Assembly: GCA_023213395.1 (NCBI GenBank)
Contig: CM041465.1
Coordinates: 186,937,741 to 187,001,740, forward strand
Length of the DNA stretch: 64,000 nt
Direction of reading: 5' to 3'
DNA from: Cycas panzhihuaensis
Lineage: Eukaryota > Plantae > Cycadophyta
This document shows positions 13,151 through 26,464 of the stretch, in pieces; the first letter of the stretch is position 1; each line of letters starts with the position of its first letter. The notes under the pieces were generated by a model. It was not told the origin of the DNA and ran no database searches. It saw only the letters and a program-made list of their open reading frames with translations. The position numbers were made by a program, and so were the translations under genes.

Positions 13151-15137
13151 TTGATCAACATTGCATTTTGCTACATCAAATGTATTAAATGCATTAGGGG
13201 GATCAATCCATTGTTCCAGCATGTAAATGTGTTTGTCTCTCATCCATCATTAACTAAGTTCTCATGTGCTTCACATCCTTAAAATTAAACCATAATGTCT
13301 CAAAAATGCATCTTAGTGTCTTTTCTTGCCAATTTTCAACCAAACTTGTCTTCACAAGTATCGTGGACTTATTTGTATCATCGTGTACTCATAAACCTTT
13401 AAAAACATCACAAAATGTCAAACCATATCTCAAATTACTCAAAAATGCACCTTTTAACATGCCAAAAATTACTTGTCAAATTTTACCCATTAAAATCTCC
13501 ATGACACATTGTCCAAACTATGGTTTATCATTATTGGTTTTGTTTGGCTTTGAGTCTTCTTTCCAATTGTTCAGACGACACTCAAATCTGAGCTCATATA
13601 AAAAAGTTATACTCAAAATAATGCCATAATGTCATAAAAAATGCACTAGAGACAACAATAGTGCTTGTTACTAAAATGCTAATAATTTTTTATTCTGATA
13701 TCTAATTGAAATGAAACCACTTCCAACAAAAAGTAGATTTCAAGACACAGATCCAAAAAAAAATTTGAGATCAATTAAATACTTGTAGTAAACATTGTGA
13801 CCATTTAAAGTTGCGGTCACAAATTTTTTACACTATAGACAATGACGGACAATAGGTCGAGGTTGAAACCCTTATAACTCTCACAATTTTATTCCAAAAC
13901 CTATAGCATAACCATTCAAAATTTATGGCATAGGTCTGGTTGTTTCAAATTTATGGTTGCTTTTTTCAAATTCAAACATTTATACCTCCAAAAACCACGG
14001 ATCTTTCATAAAACCCTGATTGTTTTATACCTACTTCAAACCCTAATTATGCCTCACAAAATCTCACCAACAAATATATGTAAAATCTCAAACTTTTCCA
14101 TAACTATCGTTTCCTCAAACCTTTTATACACCTCAATCATCTCTTAATAGCAAATTATTTTTCTAAAAAAATACCATCAAATGGAAGAAAATCTACAAAC
14201 AAAGGTGGACAAAGAATTCCATGAAATTAAACAAGGTATGAGAGATGTAGTTGACAATTTTGTCCTCCTCTCTAGGTGATCAATACTACATAGGGTGTTC
14301 ATTCCTCTTCATCCAATCATCAAATGTAGACTTCCAATGAAACCTGCATGCTCATAATATGGTGCACCACATGTGTAATAATATATCCACAAATATCACA
14401 AATAATACTACTTACCAACAAGGAGATTCCATCTTCTGTTCTGCACCAAATCTTTATCAAATCTTCTTCATCTTTCCTCAATAATCTGAGTAATATGTTA
14501 TTAGCATAACTTGGATTTTGGCTCATCAAATTGACTCCTAATACTAACTCATATTGATTTGGTTATTGGATCAATATTGGCTTACACACAACGCATGCAT
14601 GGATCGTCCTTGAATGGCAAAGATTGTCACCATGTGCGTGTGGTCTCCAACATCCTGCTCTAACCTACTTTGTCCTACTTCTCGCTTCTATTGTGCAACT
14701 CTGACATGACATCTCACCAATATCTCCGCTTGTACTTCAAGATCTCTTTACATATGCTCTAATACCATGTTCAAAGTTTATGAAACGACTTATGTAGAAA
14801 ATGTGATATGATGTTAAAATTTATTGCATGGAGTAATAACTTATGTAATGAAGTAGGAGAAATGTGAAACATTCATAACAATATAAGTTGTAATGAACAA
14901 TAAATAAAATATGAAACATCTATGGGGTGTTTAAGATGAATATTCAAGCACAATAATGAAAATATGTACACATCAATATGGCACAACAATCACACAAGAA
15001 AGATATCATTATGAGACACTAAATTTATATGTGAAAAACCTTAGATGGAAAAAATCACGAAGGAATGATGGAGCTTAGCTCTTTCCATTAACTCACCTCA
15101 TCTCAAGTGTTCAAATGATGTATGTACATATTTATAG

Positions 15138-15462
15138 TGTTGGAGCGCGTGATGCTAACTATCACAAGGAAGTCCTCTTCCCAAATCACCTCGAGGCTTT
15201 TGGTGTAACGGCAACCCATGACAAGTGGTATCAGAGCGACCAGGGTTCAAAACCGGTCTTGTGTTACCGCGGTAGCGCACTCAGACATATGTGAAGGCGA
15301 GGGAGTGGCCGCTGAGAAACGTCATGGTGGACATGCATTGCCGTGTAAGTATAGCCGACTCCTTGTGACGGGGGAGTGTTGGAGCGCGTGATGCTAACTA
15401 TCACGAGGAAATCCTCTTCCCAAATCACCCCAGGGCTTTTGGTGTAACGGCAACCCGTGACA
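15138..15462 (+). mobile_element. Complete 325-bp mini LTR retrotransposon (TRIM/SMART class)
   Basis: 86-bp LTRs 15138-15223 and 15377-15462 (TG..CA, 6 transitions). PBS tggtatcagagc 15226-15237, PPT gggggag 15370-15376, perfect TSD tatag (15133-15137 and 15463-15467). Absent from the partner LTR of element B. Confidence 0.96.
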
Positions 15463-16799
15463 TATAGATCCATCACTTCATGAGTTAACCAATAGTTTTA
15501 TGTCAATACATCGACCAATAAACTCGTATGTGTGAAAACCTTTCACATCCACCAATGACGGCTCATCCTAACTCAACCACTAATTAAACAATACATCAAT
15601 ATTCATGAAATTCAATATTCCAACAAAGAGATACTAAGATTTACTCTATAGTTATTTGATGATTCATCTAAATCCATGAAAGCACATCTAGCCTTCATGT
15701 TTTAAATAGAATTTATTCTATAATGAACTACAAAACTAAACAAGAAACTCTGGAAATTTCTTGGGGATTGTGTTAAGAACTTGGAAGACGACAACATAAT
15801 GTAGGATAAATAGCATCAAATGCCTCTCGTAAGTGTTCAGGCACAATTGCTAAGAAATTAGTAGGGATTATCATGTGACAGAGTCAAGATAAAAAAGACT
15901 AGAGACAATTAACAAATACCTTGTTGCTTATAGCATTAATCTGTAATCTCAAAACCCATAATGCAGGGTCATGGAGTTGCATACAATATTCTATACTCTT
16001 AATAAAAATAAGCATGAGGTACCATTCTAAGTCGTCCCTTATAGTATGTTTCAGTCGAAAACCAAGCCAAAAGTAGACAAAAACATAATTTAGCCTGCTC
16101 TAAATGCCCCCAACACATTTTTTGTCCAACAAAAATGCTTTAGCTCAAACCAAAACATTTTAGGCACTATGACTATACCATTTCAGCCAAAAAGTTCAAA
16201 CCCAAGTAAATAAATAACTTAAGAAACAATTAAATTATTGCAGGCCTTACCTAATAGCTAATTATCCCATAGTAAAAGACAAAACCCTAGTCCTAAAAAT
16301 AAATCTACATACATACACCAAAAAAAGAAAAAATCATTAACCTGAACCCTTCAAGTTGTTGACCATTATTTCCTGTGGCGATTTGGAATGCGCCCCATTT
16401 TGGAATAAAACTCTACTTTTGAGAATAAATCAATAAGCTTAAAATTGGTTTCTAAAGAGAAATGCAATGTACAATATTTTGTTTTGAGGAACCAAACCCA
16501 ATTTACCAAATACAGTTCTTGGTTTTCTAGAATACAATGGCAATGTAACTTTTCCAATCTAAAGAATCATCTATTTTCAACAAGAAATATACAATGGCCA
16601 ATTTGGAAGATACAATTTTTAGTTTACAACATACAATGTTCAGTTTAGAGAACACAATTTTCAATTCATAGTGTGCAACAATCAACTTTAACAATCCACA
16701 ATAATCAATTGATTCAAGATTTGTAACATTGATGATGATTGATTTACATTAAGTGGATAACAAACCAATTCTTTGGTAATCAATAACTTAACTACTAGT

Positions 16800-17870
16800 T
16801 GTTTGTTTCATTATTAGATTGTATAAAAGTAAATACGTTAATGATATGCTATCATTGGTTGGATAGGATGAGTTGCAACTATTTATTCAGAAAATGGGAA
16901 ATATAGTATTAAAACCATATTTTGGAACACACTAAACATCAATTCAAGTGAAAGCACTTGTATATTCTCCTCACTAATTGGAGATAGCCTTTTAATAACA
17001 TATTTTGATTTTGTCGGTTTCATCATTCCATGTGTTAAATGAATGAATGATAAGTAAAGAGAAATGGAAATAAGACTATCCGTACTGAATATGCAGGATT
17101 GATATTGTCACTTGGCAAGAATTACAAAGATGAACCCATTAGGACTCCCTAATGAGTCCATACCCAAGTAACATTGATTCTATTGCATATCTTCGACATA
17201 ATGTCTTTCCTCATGAGTTGAAAACTAGCCCTATGGGCAAAAAGAAGATTACGAAGTGGCAAACTTATTAGTGGAAGCAAAAAGGCGAACCAATAAGGAT
17301 GAAAGACCAAAAGAAGTAAAAGCACTATTAAATTTTACAACGAAAAGAAGAAAGATGATTGGAACAAAAGGAAAGGACCCTAAAGAGGCATTCCTAAACC
17401 ATGTAGGGTAAAAAGTAAAGAAAGAAATGATTAACCAATAGGGAAACCCTTACTTTACTCCACCATCATATTCAGAACAAGCAAATAAAATTAATGAATA
17501 AGGATTAGTGGATAAGACCGAATATTTAGACAAAGAAGAAAACATGGCAACGGATGAGTATCCCTTAGATCTTAATACAACTGGAAGAGAGAAACATAAT
17601 TAGTGAAAGTGGAGTTAACAACCCCTAACATATCACATCAGTAAGGCTATTAAGGATTCATCAAGGATTTTATCAACTATTGCAATCAACAATACCCCAA
17701 ATCAGGGACAACTCAACTAATTGGGATGCCAATAATATTAGGGAGGTAGAGCCTATAATTGAGATGGCACATAGAAAACTTATGTCTAGAAGAGTGTCCT
17801 CTAGTGCTTCTATAGTTATGGATGGATCAAGAAACAATAACAACAACAATGTAAAAATTACCATGGTTGT
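16800..17870 (+). mobile_element. Possible highly decayed LINE ORF1 remnant
   Basis: Translated patches RTEYAGLILSLGK and NIDSIAYLRHNVFPHELKTSP resemble the YARIxxxxDL and IDY..CX4CX4C region of plant L1 ORF1, followed by an A-rich low-complexity tail. Weak evidence. Confidence 0.3.
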
Positions 17871-20800
17871 TTCTTAATTGACCCATCTAATTGATATTTG
17901 ATTTTGAGCAATCATTTGCATCCCATTGTCTATTTCTCTTTAGGGAGTTCAATTATCTCCCAAGTGTTGTTCTAATGAATTGCAGTGATTTCATTATTCA
18001 TGGCCTTCTCCCAATTTTTGTTTCCTCAAGCCTCTTCAAATGTGATTGGTCTATCTAAGCTCAAGTCACAGCTAAAAGCAACTAGATTTCTAAGACAACT
18101 CTAAGATCTTGTCTACCTTTCTTCCTTTATGATTAAGAGATATATTCCTGAGTCATGAGAGGGTTCAAAGGTACCATTCTGAAATCCTTTTCTGTGGTGG
18201 ATTTTTTGTCATTCTTTGATGATTGTTGAAGGGACCTTCTGTAATTTCTCCCCCTTTGAGTTCTACTTGAACTTGCTTTTCAATAGTTGTTGGGACGTTG
18301 TCCTCCCATTTGGAGTTTTAATTAATGTAGCTTTTTCATCGAATAGTATTTCCCTATTTATAATGACTTCCTTAGTTCTAGGTTTGATGCATCTACAGGC
18401 TTTTGATTTTTCACTATATGCTATGAAGATACATTTGATGCTCTTCTCATCAAGTTTGCCCATTTTTTCCTTTTTGTATGTGAAGAAAGGTAGTGCTTTC
18501 AGAAACTCTAAGGCGACGAACTTTAGGTTTTCTGTTGGTCCAGGCTTCTTTAGGAGTCTTCCCTTTAACTGCTTTCATGCGGCTTCTGTTGATGAGGTAA
18601 ACTACATTGTTAACAACCTCCACCCAAAGGTCAGTTGATGCATTTTTCCCTTTTAGCATTCTTCACACCATTTCTGTAATGATCTTATTTTTCCTTTCAG
18701 CAACTCCATTTTATTGGGGTGTGTAGACAGTTGCCAGTTGCCTCTTGATTTTGTGTGCTTTGCAATATTTGTAAAAATTGTTGGAGGTGAACTCTCCTCC
18801 ATTGTCTATTCTGAGGATCTTGATCTTTTCCTACTTTCAACTTTAGCTAATTCCCTAAATTCTTTGAATAATGGAAAAGGCATCAAATTTATTCTTCATG
18901 AAATAAACTCAAGTTTTTCTAGTTAAGTCATCAATGAAGGTAATGAAAAATTTTGCACCTCCAAGAGATGTTGTTCTCACAGGACCACATAAATCACTAT
19001 GAATGATTTTTAGCTTATTCTTTGCTCTTCAAGTGGCTTCAGGAACTCTGCTTCTGTGTTGTTTCCCAAGCATGCATCTTCACATATCTTTTCTTCTCCT
19101 GTGATATTTGGCAATATATTCACCATGTTTTTTTTTTAACTAAACTAGATTCTAATGAAACAAGTGCCAATACCTCAAATGCCAAATTTACATGGAGAGA
19201 AAGAGTTGCCATAAACTTATACAAACTATTTTCTTCTTGCCCTTCAGCAATGATTTTAAGACTTTTTTTCTTGTCTCTGGCCAAACATTTGTCATCTTTG
19301 AACTCCACTTTGAGTTGTCTTTTGGTCATTTGGGATATAAAGAGCATGTTTTTTTTTTTCAAGCCAAGAACATATAGAATGTCTCCAACTTTCTTTATCT
19401 CATCGTTTGTCATTCTCATGGGAATGTTGCCTCCCCCTTTAACTAGGTGCATTGTGTTATCTCCAAGCTCAACAATGTTGCCTCTATGGTCACCTTCCAT
19501 GTTTTTGAACCAATCTTTTTGAGATGTCATATCCCTAGATGCTCCAGAATCAATATACCATTTGTCCAACAATGTGATCTTGGTAGAGAATACAACTACA
19601 AAGGCAAATTCTTCATCATTTTCTTTTTCTTTTGAGATATTGCCAATATACCTCTTCCTCTTTTGCATGTCAAACTTCCTTTTCTAGCAATCTCTAATGA
19701 TATGCCCCAATTTTCCACAACAATAGCAACACCACCTTTTCACCCTGTTGATGACTTCTTTGGGTGTTTCATCCTTAATACTTTTTAGTTTGAGTCTCAA
19801 AGCAAAAGCCTCCTATTATTTAGTTTCTTCTTCATACTTTTTGTTCCTCAGTTCTTGATGCAACATGAGGCCACTTAGTTACTCAAAGGTCATATTGTTT
19901 GTGATCTTGGAGATGGTGAGTTGGGTCACCAAATTGTCAAATGACCTGGGAAGTTTACTTAAAGTGAGTTGTCCAAGCTCTTTGTTTCCGACCTTCTCCC
20001 CAGTTAGTCCAAGTCATTCCCTGATTTCTTTTATTTTTGTTAAGAAATCAGTTATAGCCTCTCCTTTGATTAGCTTAACATTGTACAGAGCCTCCTTCAT
20101 GTGTACGATTATTCTTGCATTTTTAAGTTCAAACATTGATTGCAAAATAGCCCATGTTTCCTTAGAGGTTATGAACTCCAAAATAAGTGGGAGAATGTGA
20201 TTTATAACTAACAAGGTGATTGTTGTCATAGCAATTCTATCTTTTTCTTCAAACACTTTGAGTTTGCTTGGATCATATGGTAATTTTTCAATTTCTTCAA
20301 CAATATCCTAAGAATCCTTCGCAATTAATATACTCTTCATTTGTACTTTCCACATGTTGTAGTTCTCCCCATTGAGTTTATCTTGCTTAGGTAGAGAATA
20401 GCCATGAGACTAAATGAGGACTTTCACCCGATACACTCTTTTAGAAGGACCAAAAATTAGATCCTCATATAGACACCACAAACAGTAGAATTTTATTATT
20501 TTTCTTGATTATAAACTAAGAATGAGGCAAATGCTGATGGATTTCCTACCTTTTAAGGGACAAAGAAAGTTCTCTAAACAAAGAAAGAGAAGGATGAAGG
20601 TTTGCTAGGGCAAAAAACAATGACCTCTACTTACAAAAAAAATGCCCAGATCTAAGAGAGAATTTGATGAAATTTTTTGTTGGTAGAGGGTAGAATTGAG
20701 AAATTTTTGTTGTCAGGCTTTACAAATTTTGAGGATAGGAAAGTGCACTATAGATGAGGTGGTTTTCGATGAACAAAGCCAACCTTCCTTGATTTAAATC

Positions 20801-20894
20801 TTGTATCAATCAATCATGATTTTGCTTGTCAAGATGGGCGTCAATAACTTCAAATGATTGAACATCAATTGATTATAGACATCAGTCAAAAACA

Positions 20895-21135
20895 GTACAA
20901 TTTCCACAAATGCGAGAATTCGACTAGATGATGTTAGTCAAAGCTAACTCCACATATTTCAAGTGCTGACTTCAAATAGTAACACCACGATCTTTCACAA
21001 TTGCGAGAGTTCACTAGATTATGTTAGTCAAAGCCTACTTCACAGATTTCAAACACCAATTTTGATCAGCAACACCACCATCTCAATGCTAGATGATGTC
21101 GATTAAGTTGTCTTCACTAAATTTTAAGCATTGAC
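20895..21135. repeat. Degenerate ~90-bp tandem repeats in the 5' leader of copia C
   Basis: cacaaatgcgagaattcgactagatgatgttagtcaaagc recurs as cacaattgcgagagttcactagattatgttagtcaaagc, then partially a third time. Confidence 0.65.
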
Positions 21136-21228
21136 TATGAGTGGAGAAGTGCCACACCTAGAGCTGACTCATCTCCCCGTTTTTGACCTTCTTCAAATGA
21201 TAGAAAATGCAACAACCAACCCTAACTT

Positions 21229-24200
21229 TGTTAGAACACACAATGAATCTATGAAGACAGTGCTTCGATGCATTAATGAGGAGAGAGAAACTCTCGTATA
21301 AATACATCATGTGTACATAGGAAGACCAGTGCATGTAGACCAAGTGTCAACAATACATTAAAGAGGGGCTAGACACATAACCCTCAAGTTAACTTTAGAA
21401 TACAAAAGAGAGAACGTTACTTCTCTAACAACCCTCTCTCAATGTTTTACCTTTTGTCCTTAACACCAAGAAGATGTCGGAGATATTGAAATTTGTCTTT
21501 CAAAAGTGGTTTTTTGAAAATATTAGCAAGTTGTTCTTCACTGCTACAATATAATAGATCTATCTCTTTGGTTTGTACTTTTTCTCTGATGAAATAATGG
21601 CAGACTTCTATGTGCTTTGTTCTAACATGAAACACTAGATTCTTTGTCAATTTGATAATGCTCTAGTTATCGCAAAAAATAGAGTTAGACCGGCCTTATT
21701 ATTGTTTTAAATCCTTAAGCAGTTGTTTAATCCATATTGCTTCACATGTGGCACTGATAGCTGTTGGTTTTGTGGATGATAAGGGCTATTGCGGACCGTT
21801 TTTTGCTACTCCAAGATGTAATAGTAGACCCAAGTGAAAAGCAATATCCTGTGGTAGACTTCCTTTCTTGTCTATCACCAGCCCAATTTGAATTATTATA
21901 ACCAATTAATTGAAGATTTGAGGCTTGGGTATAGTTAAAACCCATTTTTTGGGTTCCTTTAATGTACTTAAAAATTCTTTTAGTAGCATTCCAATCAGTT
22001 AGTTTTGGATGTTGCATGTATCTAGAGACAACTCCAACTGAATATGAAATACCTGGCCTTGTAACTATGAGGTAGGTAAGACTACATATTAATTGCTTGT
22101 ACATTGTTCCATCCACTAGTTGTCCATTATCATCGGCATTCAGAACACATCCAATTTCCATTGGGGTAGCACAGCTATTGCAGCCCTCCATTCTAAATTT
22201 TTAAAAACGTTTTCTAACATATTTTGCCTGGGATATGAAAATAAAATCTTTTTGCTGACTAAGTTCAATGCGAGATAATAATGGAGGAGTCCCATATCTG
22301 TCATTTCAAATTCATTTTCCATCTGTAACTTGATTTTACAAATTGTATTATTATGATTTCCTATAATTGTCATGTCATCTACATAAACTACAATGATAGT
22401 TACTAAATTGTCTTTATTTGTTTTAATATAAAGACTAGGGTCTGAGTCACATCTGCAAAAAACCTATTTGTCGTATATGTTGATCTAACTTTGTATACTA
22501 TGCTTTAGGTGTCTATTTCAATCCATATAGGGCCTTTTTCAACTTGCACACAAGATGTTCTTCACCATTTTCCCTATAACCTATTGGTTGTTGCATGTAC
22601 ACTTCTTCAGTCAAGTCACCATTCAGAAAGGCACCTTTAACAATGGCACTTGTATGACGTTCCATTTGAATTGTTTCGCCTAGGCTATGACTGTTCGCAC
22701 AATTATCAACTTAGCTACTGGTGAAAAGGTTTCCTCATAATCAATACCTTCTATTTGAGTATAACCTTTTGCAACTAGTCTTGCCTTATATCTCTCAATT
22801 GTACCATCAAAATTTTCTTTTATTTCATATACCCATTTGCAACTAACAATGGGATTGTCTATAAGAGCATCCACCAATTCCCAAGTCTTATTCTTCTTGA
22901 TGCCATTGATTTCAGTATCCATAGCTTTCTGCCATTCTGGATGATCACATGCTTCTGCATAATTTTGTGGTTCAACAAAGCACATTAAGCTTTGGTGTCT
23001 CTGTGATCTAGTTCTTTGTTCAAATACATTACCTCTTGATTCTTGAAGAGTCTTGATGCACCACTTGGGTAACCCTTTTGATGCTTCATCGCTCCTTCTT
23101 TGAAAAGAGTTGTGTTCATCTTTAGAAAATTTCTACTTCAAACAGGATTTGTTGCTATTACTTTGGAATGCTTTGTTCATTTTCTTCTTAAATTTCACTA
23201 TCTGATGTATCTTTTTTTACAGTGGTGACATCAAATATTTCTTCAACTGGTACATGTATTCGTGTATTTTCTTCTATCTGTTTATGCACTATCTTGTCCT
23301 TCTAATTTATCTATTCATCAAAAGTCACATCTCTACTAACATAGATCCTGTTTATTTTTGGATCTCTACATCTATATGCATTAGATTTGTTACTATACCC
23401 AATCATAATGCATTCAGTGCTTTTATCATCTAGCTTAGTTATTTTCTTGTCAGGAATGTGAATGTAAGCTTTACTACCAAAGATTTTAAGGTGACTTACA
23501 ACTGATTTTCTCTCAGTCTAGGCTTCTTCAAGAGTTATCTTGTCTAGAGCTTGTGTAGAACCTCAGTTGATGAGGTATACTATTGTGTTGACCGCTTCAA
23601 CCCAGTATGTTTTTGTTATTGCCTTTTCGCTTATCATACTTCACGTCATTTCCATTATTGTCCTGTTCATATGTTCAGTTACTCCATTTGATTGTGGTAT
23701 ATATGGAGTAGTTACCTACTTTTGTATCCCATTTATTTTACAAAAGTGAAAAAAGTTATTTGAGATGTATTCTCCTCCTCTATTCGATTGAACAATTTTG
23801 ATTTTGCATTCACTTTCTAGTTCATTCTATGCCTTCTGATTCACTAAAGAAAATATAGACCCATGTTCTTCTGGAAAAATCATCAATGAAGATAAGAAAA
23901 TACCTTGTTCCATTTACTGAGTTTGCCGTTATTGGCCCATGTAAATCAATATGGACTAATTCTAACTTTTTATGTGCTCTCCATGTGTTTTTCTGAAAAG
24001 GAACTCAGTGTTGTTTTTCCATTATACAACTTTTGCATACAAAAGATTCAAAAGATATTTCAGGAAGACCATCCACCATTTTAGAATTCTTTATTAATTC
24101 TAATCATCTATTTGCAATGTGTCCATACTTTGAATGCCAAATTTCATTAATGGGACGATTAACAACAAGAGATTTTATAGAATGAACAGGCAAAACAAGA

Positions 24201-26464
24201 GTGGAAATCAGTTTATAAAGATTGTCAATTTTCACTCCTTCTGCAATTACAATCCCATTACTTTTCATGCCATGAATGTGACGACTCCCATCTTTGTTAA
24301 AAATAAACTTGAGTCGTTTTTTTCTTAACTAGGATACAAACAAAAGATTTCTTTTTAGGCCTCGAACAGAAAGGACTTCTCCAATTTCTTTGATTTTATC
24401 ATCAATTGAGACAGCAATAGTTTCTTTCCCTTTAATTTGTAGAGGAAAGTTATTACCAAGCCCCACAATTTTGTTGATGAAGTATGGTCTCAACATTTCA
24501 ACCATTCTCTTCTTTAGTCATATGACTTGATCCTCTAGAGTCCATGTACCAATCTTCATTTTTACCAGTGCACATGGACAGAGCAATCATAAACACAATT
24601 TCTTCATCTTCTTCTTCTACTTGTTTGTGATTATAGTTTCCTTCTACTCTCTTCCCTCTCTGGATGTTAGCTTATTTTTGTGGATAATGATTTGAAAAGT
24701 GTCATGTTCTTCCATAATAATAACAGTTTTGGCCAATTTTGCATTCTACAATCACTAGTTAGATGCCCATACCTTCCACAACAGAAACATACTCTAGATT
24801 CTCTAAGTGTAGATCTGCCTCTCCCTTCTAACATCCGTGGAGCTCTTCCTTGTCGTTCAAAAGATCAGGTTGATGTAACAGAAGTCCTAGGCCACTCTCT
24901 GGTAGATTTGCTCTGACCTCTTATTGCACTTCGAGATCATCCCTTGCTTTCCAGGCTCAACTTTGAGACAAATGCTTCCTTGATGTCAGTTTCTTCTTTA
25001 TATCTTTTATTCCTTTGTTCTTGTTGCAATATGTGCCCTATCAAAGTGTCAAAAGACATATTTGTTGTATGTCCACCTATGGTAAGTGTATTTACCATAG
25101 TGTCAAATGATTTTGGCAATTTATTGATAGTTAGACGGACAAGCTTAGAATCAATTATAGTCTCCCCTACAAAGGCTAGACTATTCTTAGTCTCAATTGT
25201 CTTAGTTATGAAATTTGACATACTTTCTCCTTCTTTGAAATGAACCCTGTATAGTTGTTCTCTAAGAGATATTATTTGAGCTTCATTTTTCTAGCTATAA
25301 AGTGAGACTAAAATTCTCCAAGCCTCTAGAAACATGGTGGTTGAACCCATGTGGCTCAACAAGGAATCTCCCACAGATAACATAATTGCAGCCAAAGCTA
25401 TTATGCCTCTCTTCCCAGCTAATCACATCCACTATATCAGTGGGTTTAGCCTCCGTCCTTATGACTATATCCCATGCATTTTTAGCCAATAAGAGCCTTT
25501 GCATTTTCAACTTCCATATGCTATAGCTTTGCCCTGTAAGTTTATCTAACTCCCCAAAGGAAAAAACTGAAGCCATTTTGAGTTAATCTACTATATTTGA
25601 AAGGGAAATGACGAAAGAAAGTGAAAAACTGTGAGTAGGTCATATGGTCATATGATTGCACAAATTTGTATAGAAAAGTAGAACTATATAGAAACGAACC
25701 AAGAGAGTCTCAAAATAAAGCTTAGATCCTACTCTTCTTAGATCTATAAAAAAATTTGAGAAAACCTTTTTAAATTCTCCAAAAAATGGCCAAAACATGT
25801 ACAGTCGTATAGGGTTTTTTTAGGGAAAAAAAAAACTTGTAACTTTCCAAAACTCCAAGGAAATCTAACAAACTTATAAGCAAATGAAAGATATTGATGA
25901 ATCGAAGAGTTTAAGATTGATTTTACCCAAAAAAAATGAGAAATCTGAGAAAAAATTGTGAATGAAACTTTAAATGGACACCCCTTGCAAATCTATGTTT
26001 TCTCGCTTAATGAAGAAGATCCAAGTTCGAGTATTTGGATCAGATTGATTTTCTCAACAAGATGAACCTACTCACCAAAGTTCATCAAATTCTGAGAACT
26101 TCAAAAAAAACTACATCCATACGATTCCATATTGTTCTGTATTATGATCAATAAGGTTGTAATGTGCCCTTTTCTCCTTAAAAACTCTACAAATACTTTC
26201 TTCAGACTAAATCTACCAAATTATCTTTTGCCAAGCTTAAATTAGCAAACCTGCTCTAATACCTTGTCAGAACACAATCAATCCATGAAGATAGTGCTTC
26301 AATGCATTAATGAGGATAGAGAAACTCTCGTATAAATATATCATGTGTACATAGGAAGGCTAGTGCATGTAGGCCAAGTGTCAACAATACATTAACGAGG
26401 GGTTCGACACATAACCCTCAAGTTAACTTTAGAATACAAAAGAGAGAACATTATTTCTCTAACA
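21229..26464 (-). mobile_element. Full-length Ty1/copia element D (5236 bp), decayed
   Basis: LTRs 21229-21430 and 26265-26464 (~15 substitutions plus a 2-bp indel). PBS gctctaatacc 26253-26263, PPT at 21431-21442. gag from 25576, RT 22985-22140, RNase H to 21447. TSD only partly conserved (aactt/aagta). Confidence 0.93.

Larger units (their letters stand above)
6338..15625 (-). mobile_element. Non-autonomous LTR retrotransposon B (LTRs 6338-6861 and 14768-15625; ~2.7-kb internal region lacking pol); hosts copia A and the mini-element
   Basis: Two diverged ~524-bp direct repeats (the right one expanded by a 325-bp insert). tRNA-iMet PBS (gctctaatacca, 14756-14767) and PPT (ctccccctt, 6862-6870) define minus orientation. 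No RT or IN motifs in the residual internal DNA. TSD not recognisable. Confidence 0.8.

Noticed and set aside
15138-15223. Cassandra (5S rRNA-bearing TRIM) identity, suggested by ggaagtcctc
   Set aside because: Only a 10-mer matches 5S rRNA. Box A (agttaagcgtgc) and box C (aggatgggtgacc) are absent and the LTR is much shorter than in Cassandra.
6333-15630. TSD for element B
   Set aside because: The flanks agatg and aagag do not match, so no TSD is claimed.
15920-15940. Possible 21-nt micro-exon on the minus strand (cag|ATTAATGCTATAAGCAACAAG|gtattt, INAISNK, phase 0-0) in non-TE intron DNA
   Set aside because: Weak polypyrimidine tract, and the peptide does not fit the FANCI residues I expect before VLSGT. 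Such AG..GT pairs occur by chance; RNA-seq would be needed.
16020-16660. Possible MITE/Helitron remnants with degenerate tacaat repeats
   Set aside because: No terminal inverted repeats, TSD or CTAG-hairpin end could be defined by eye.
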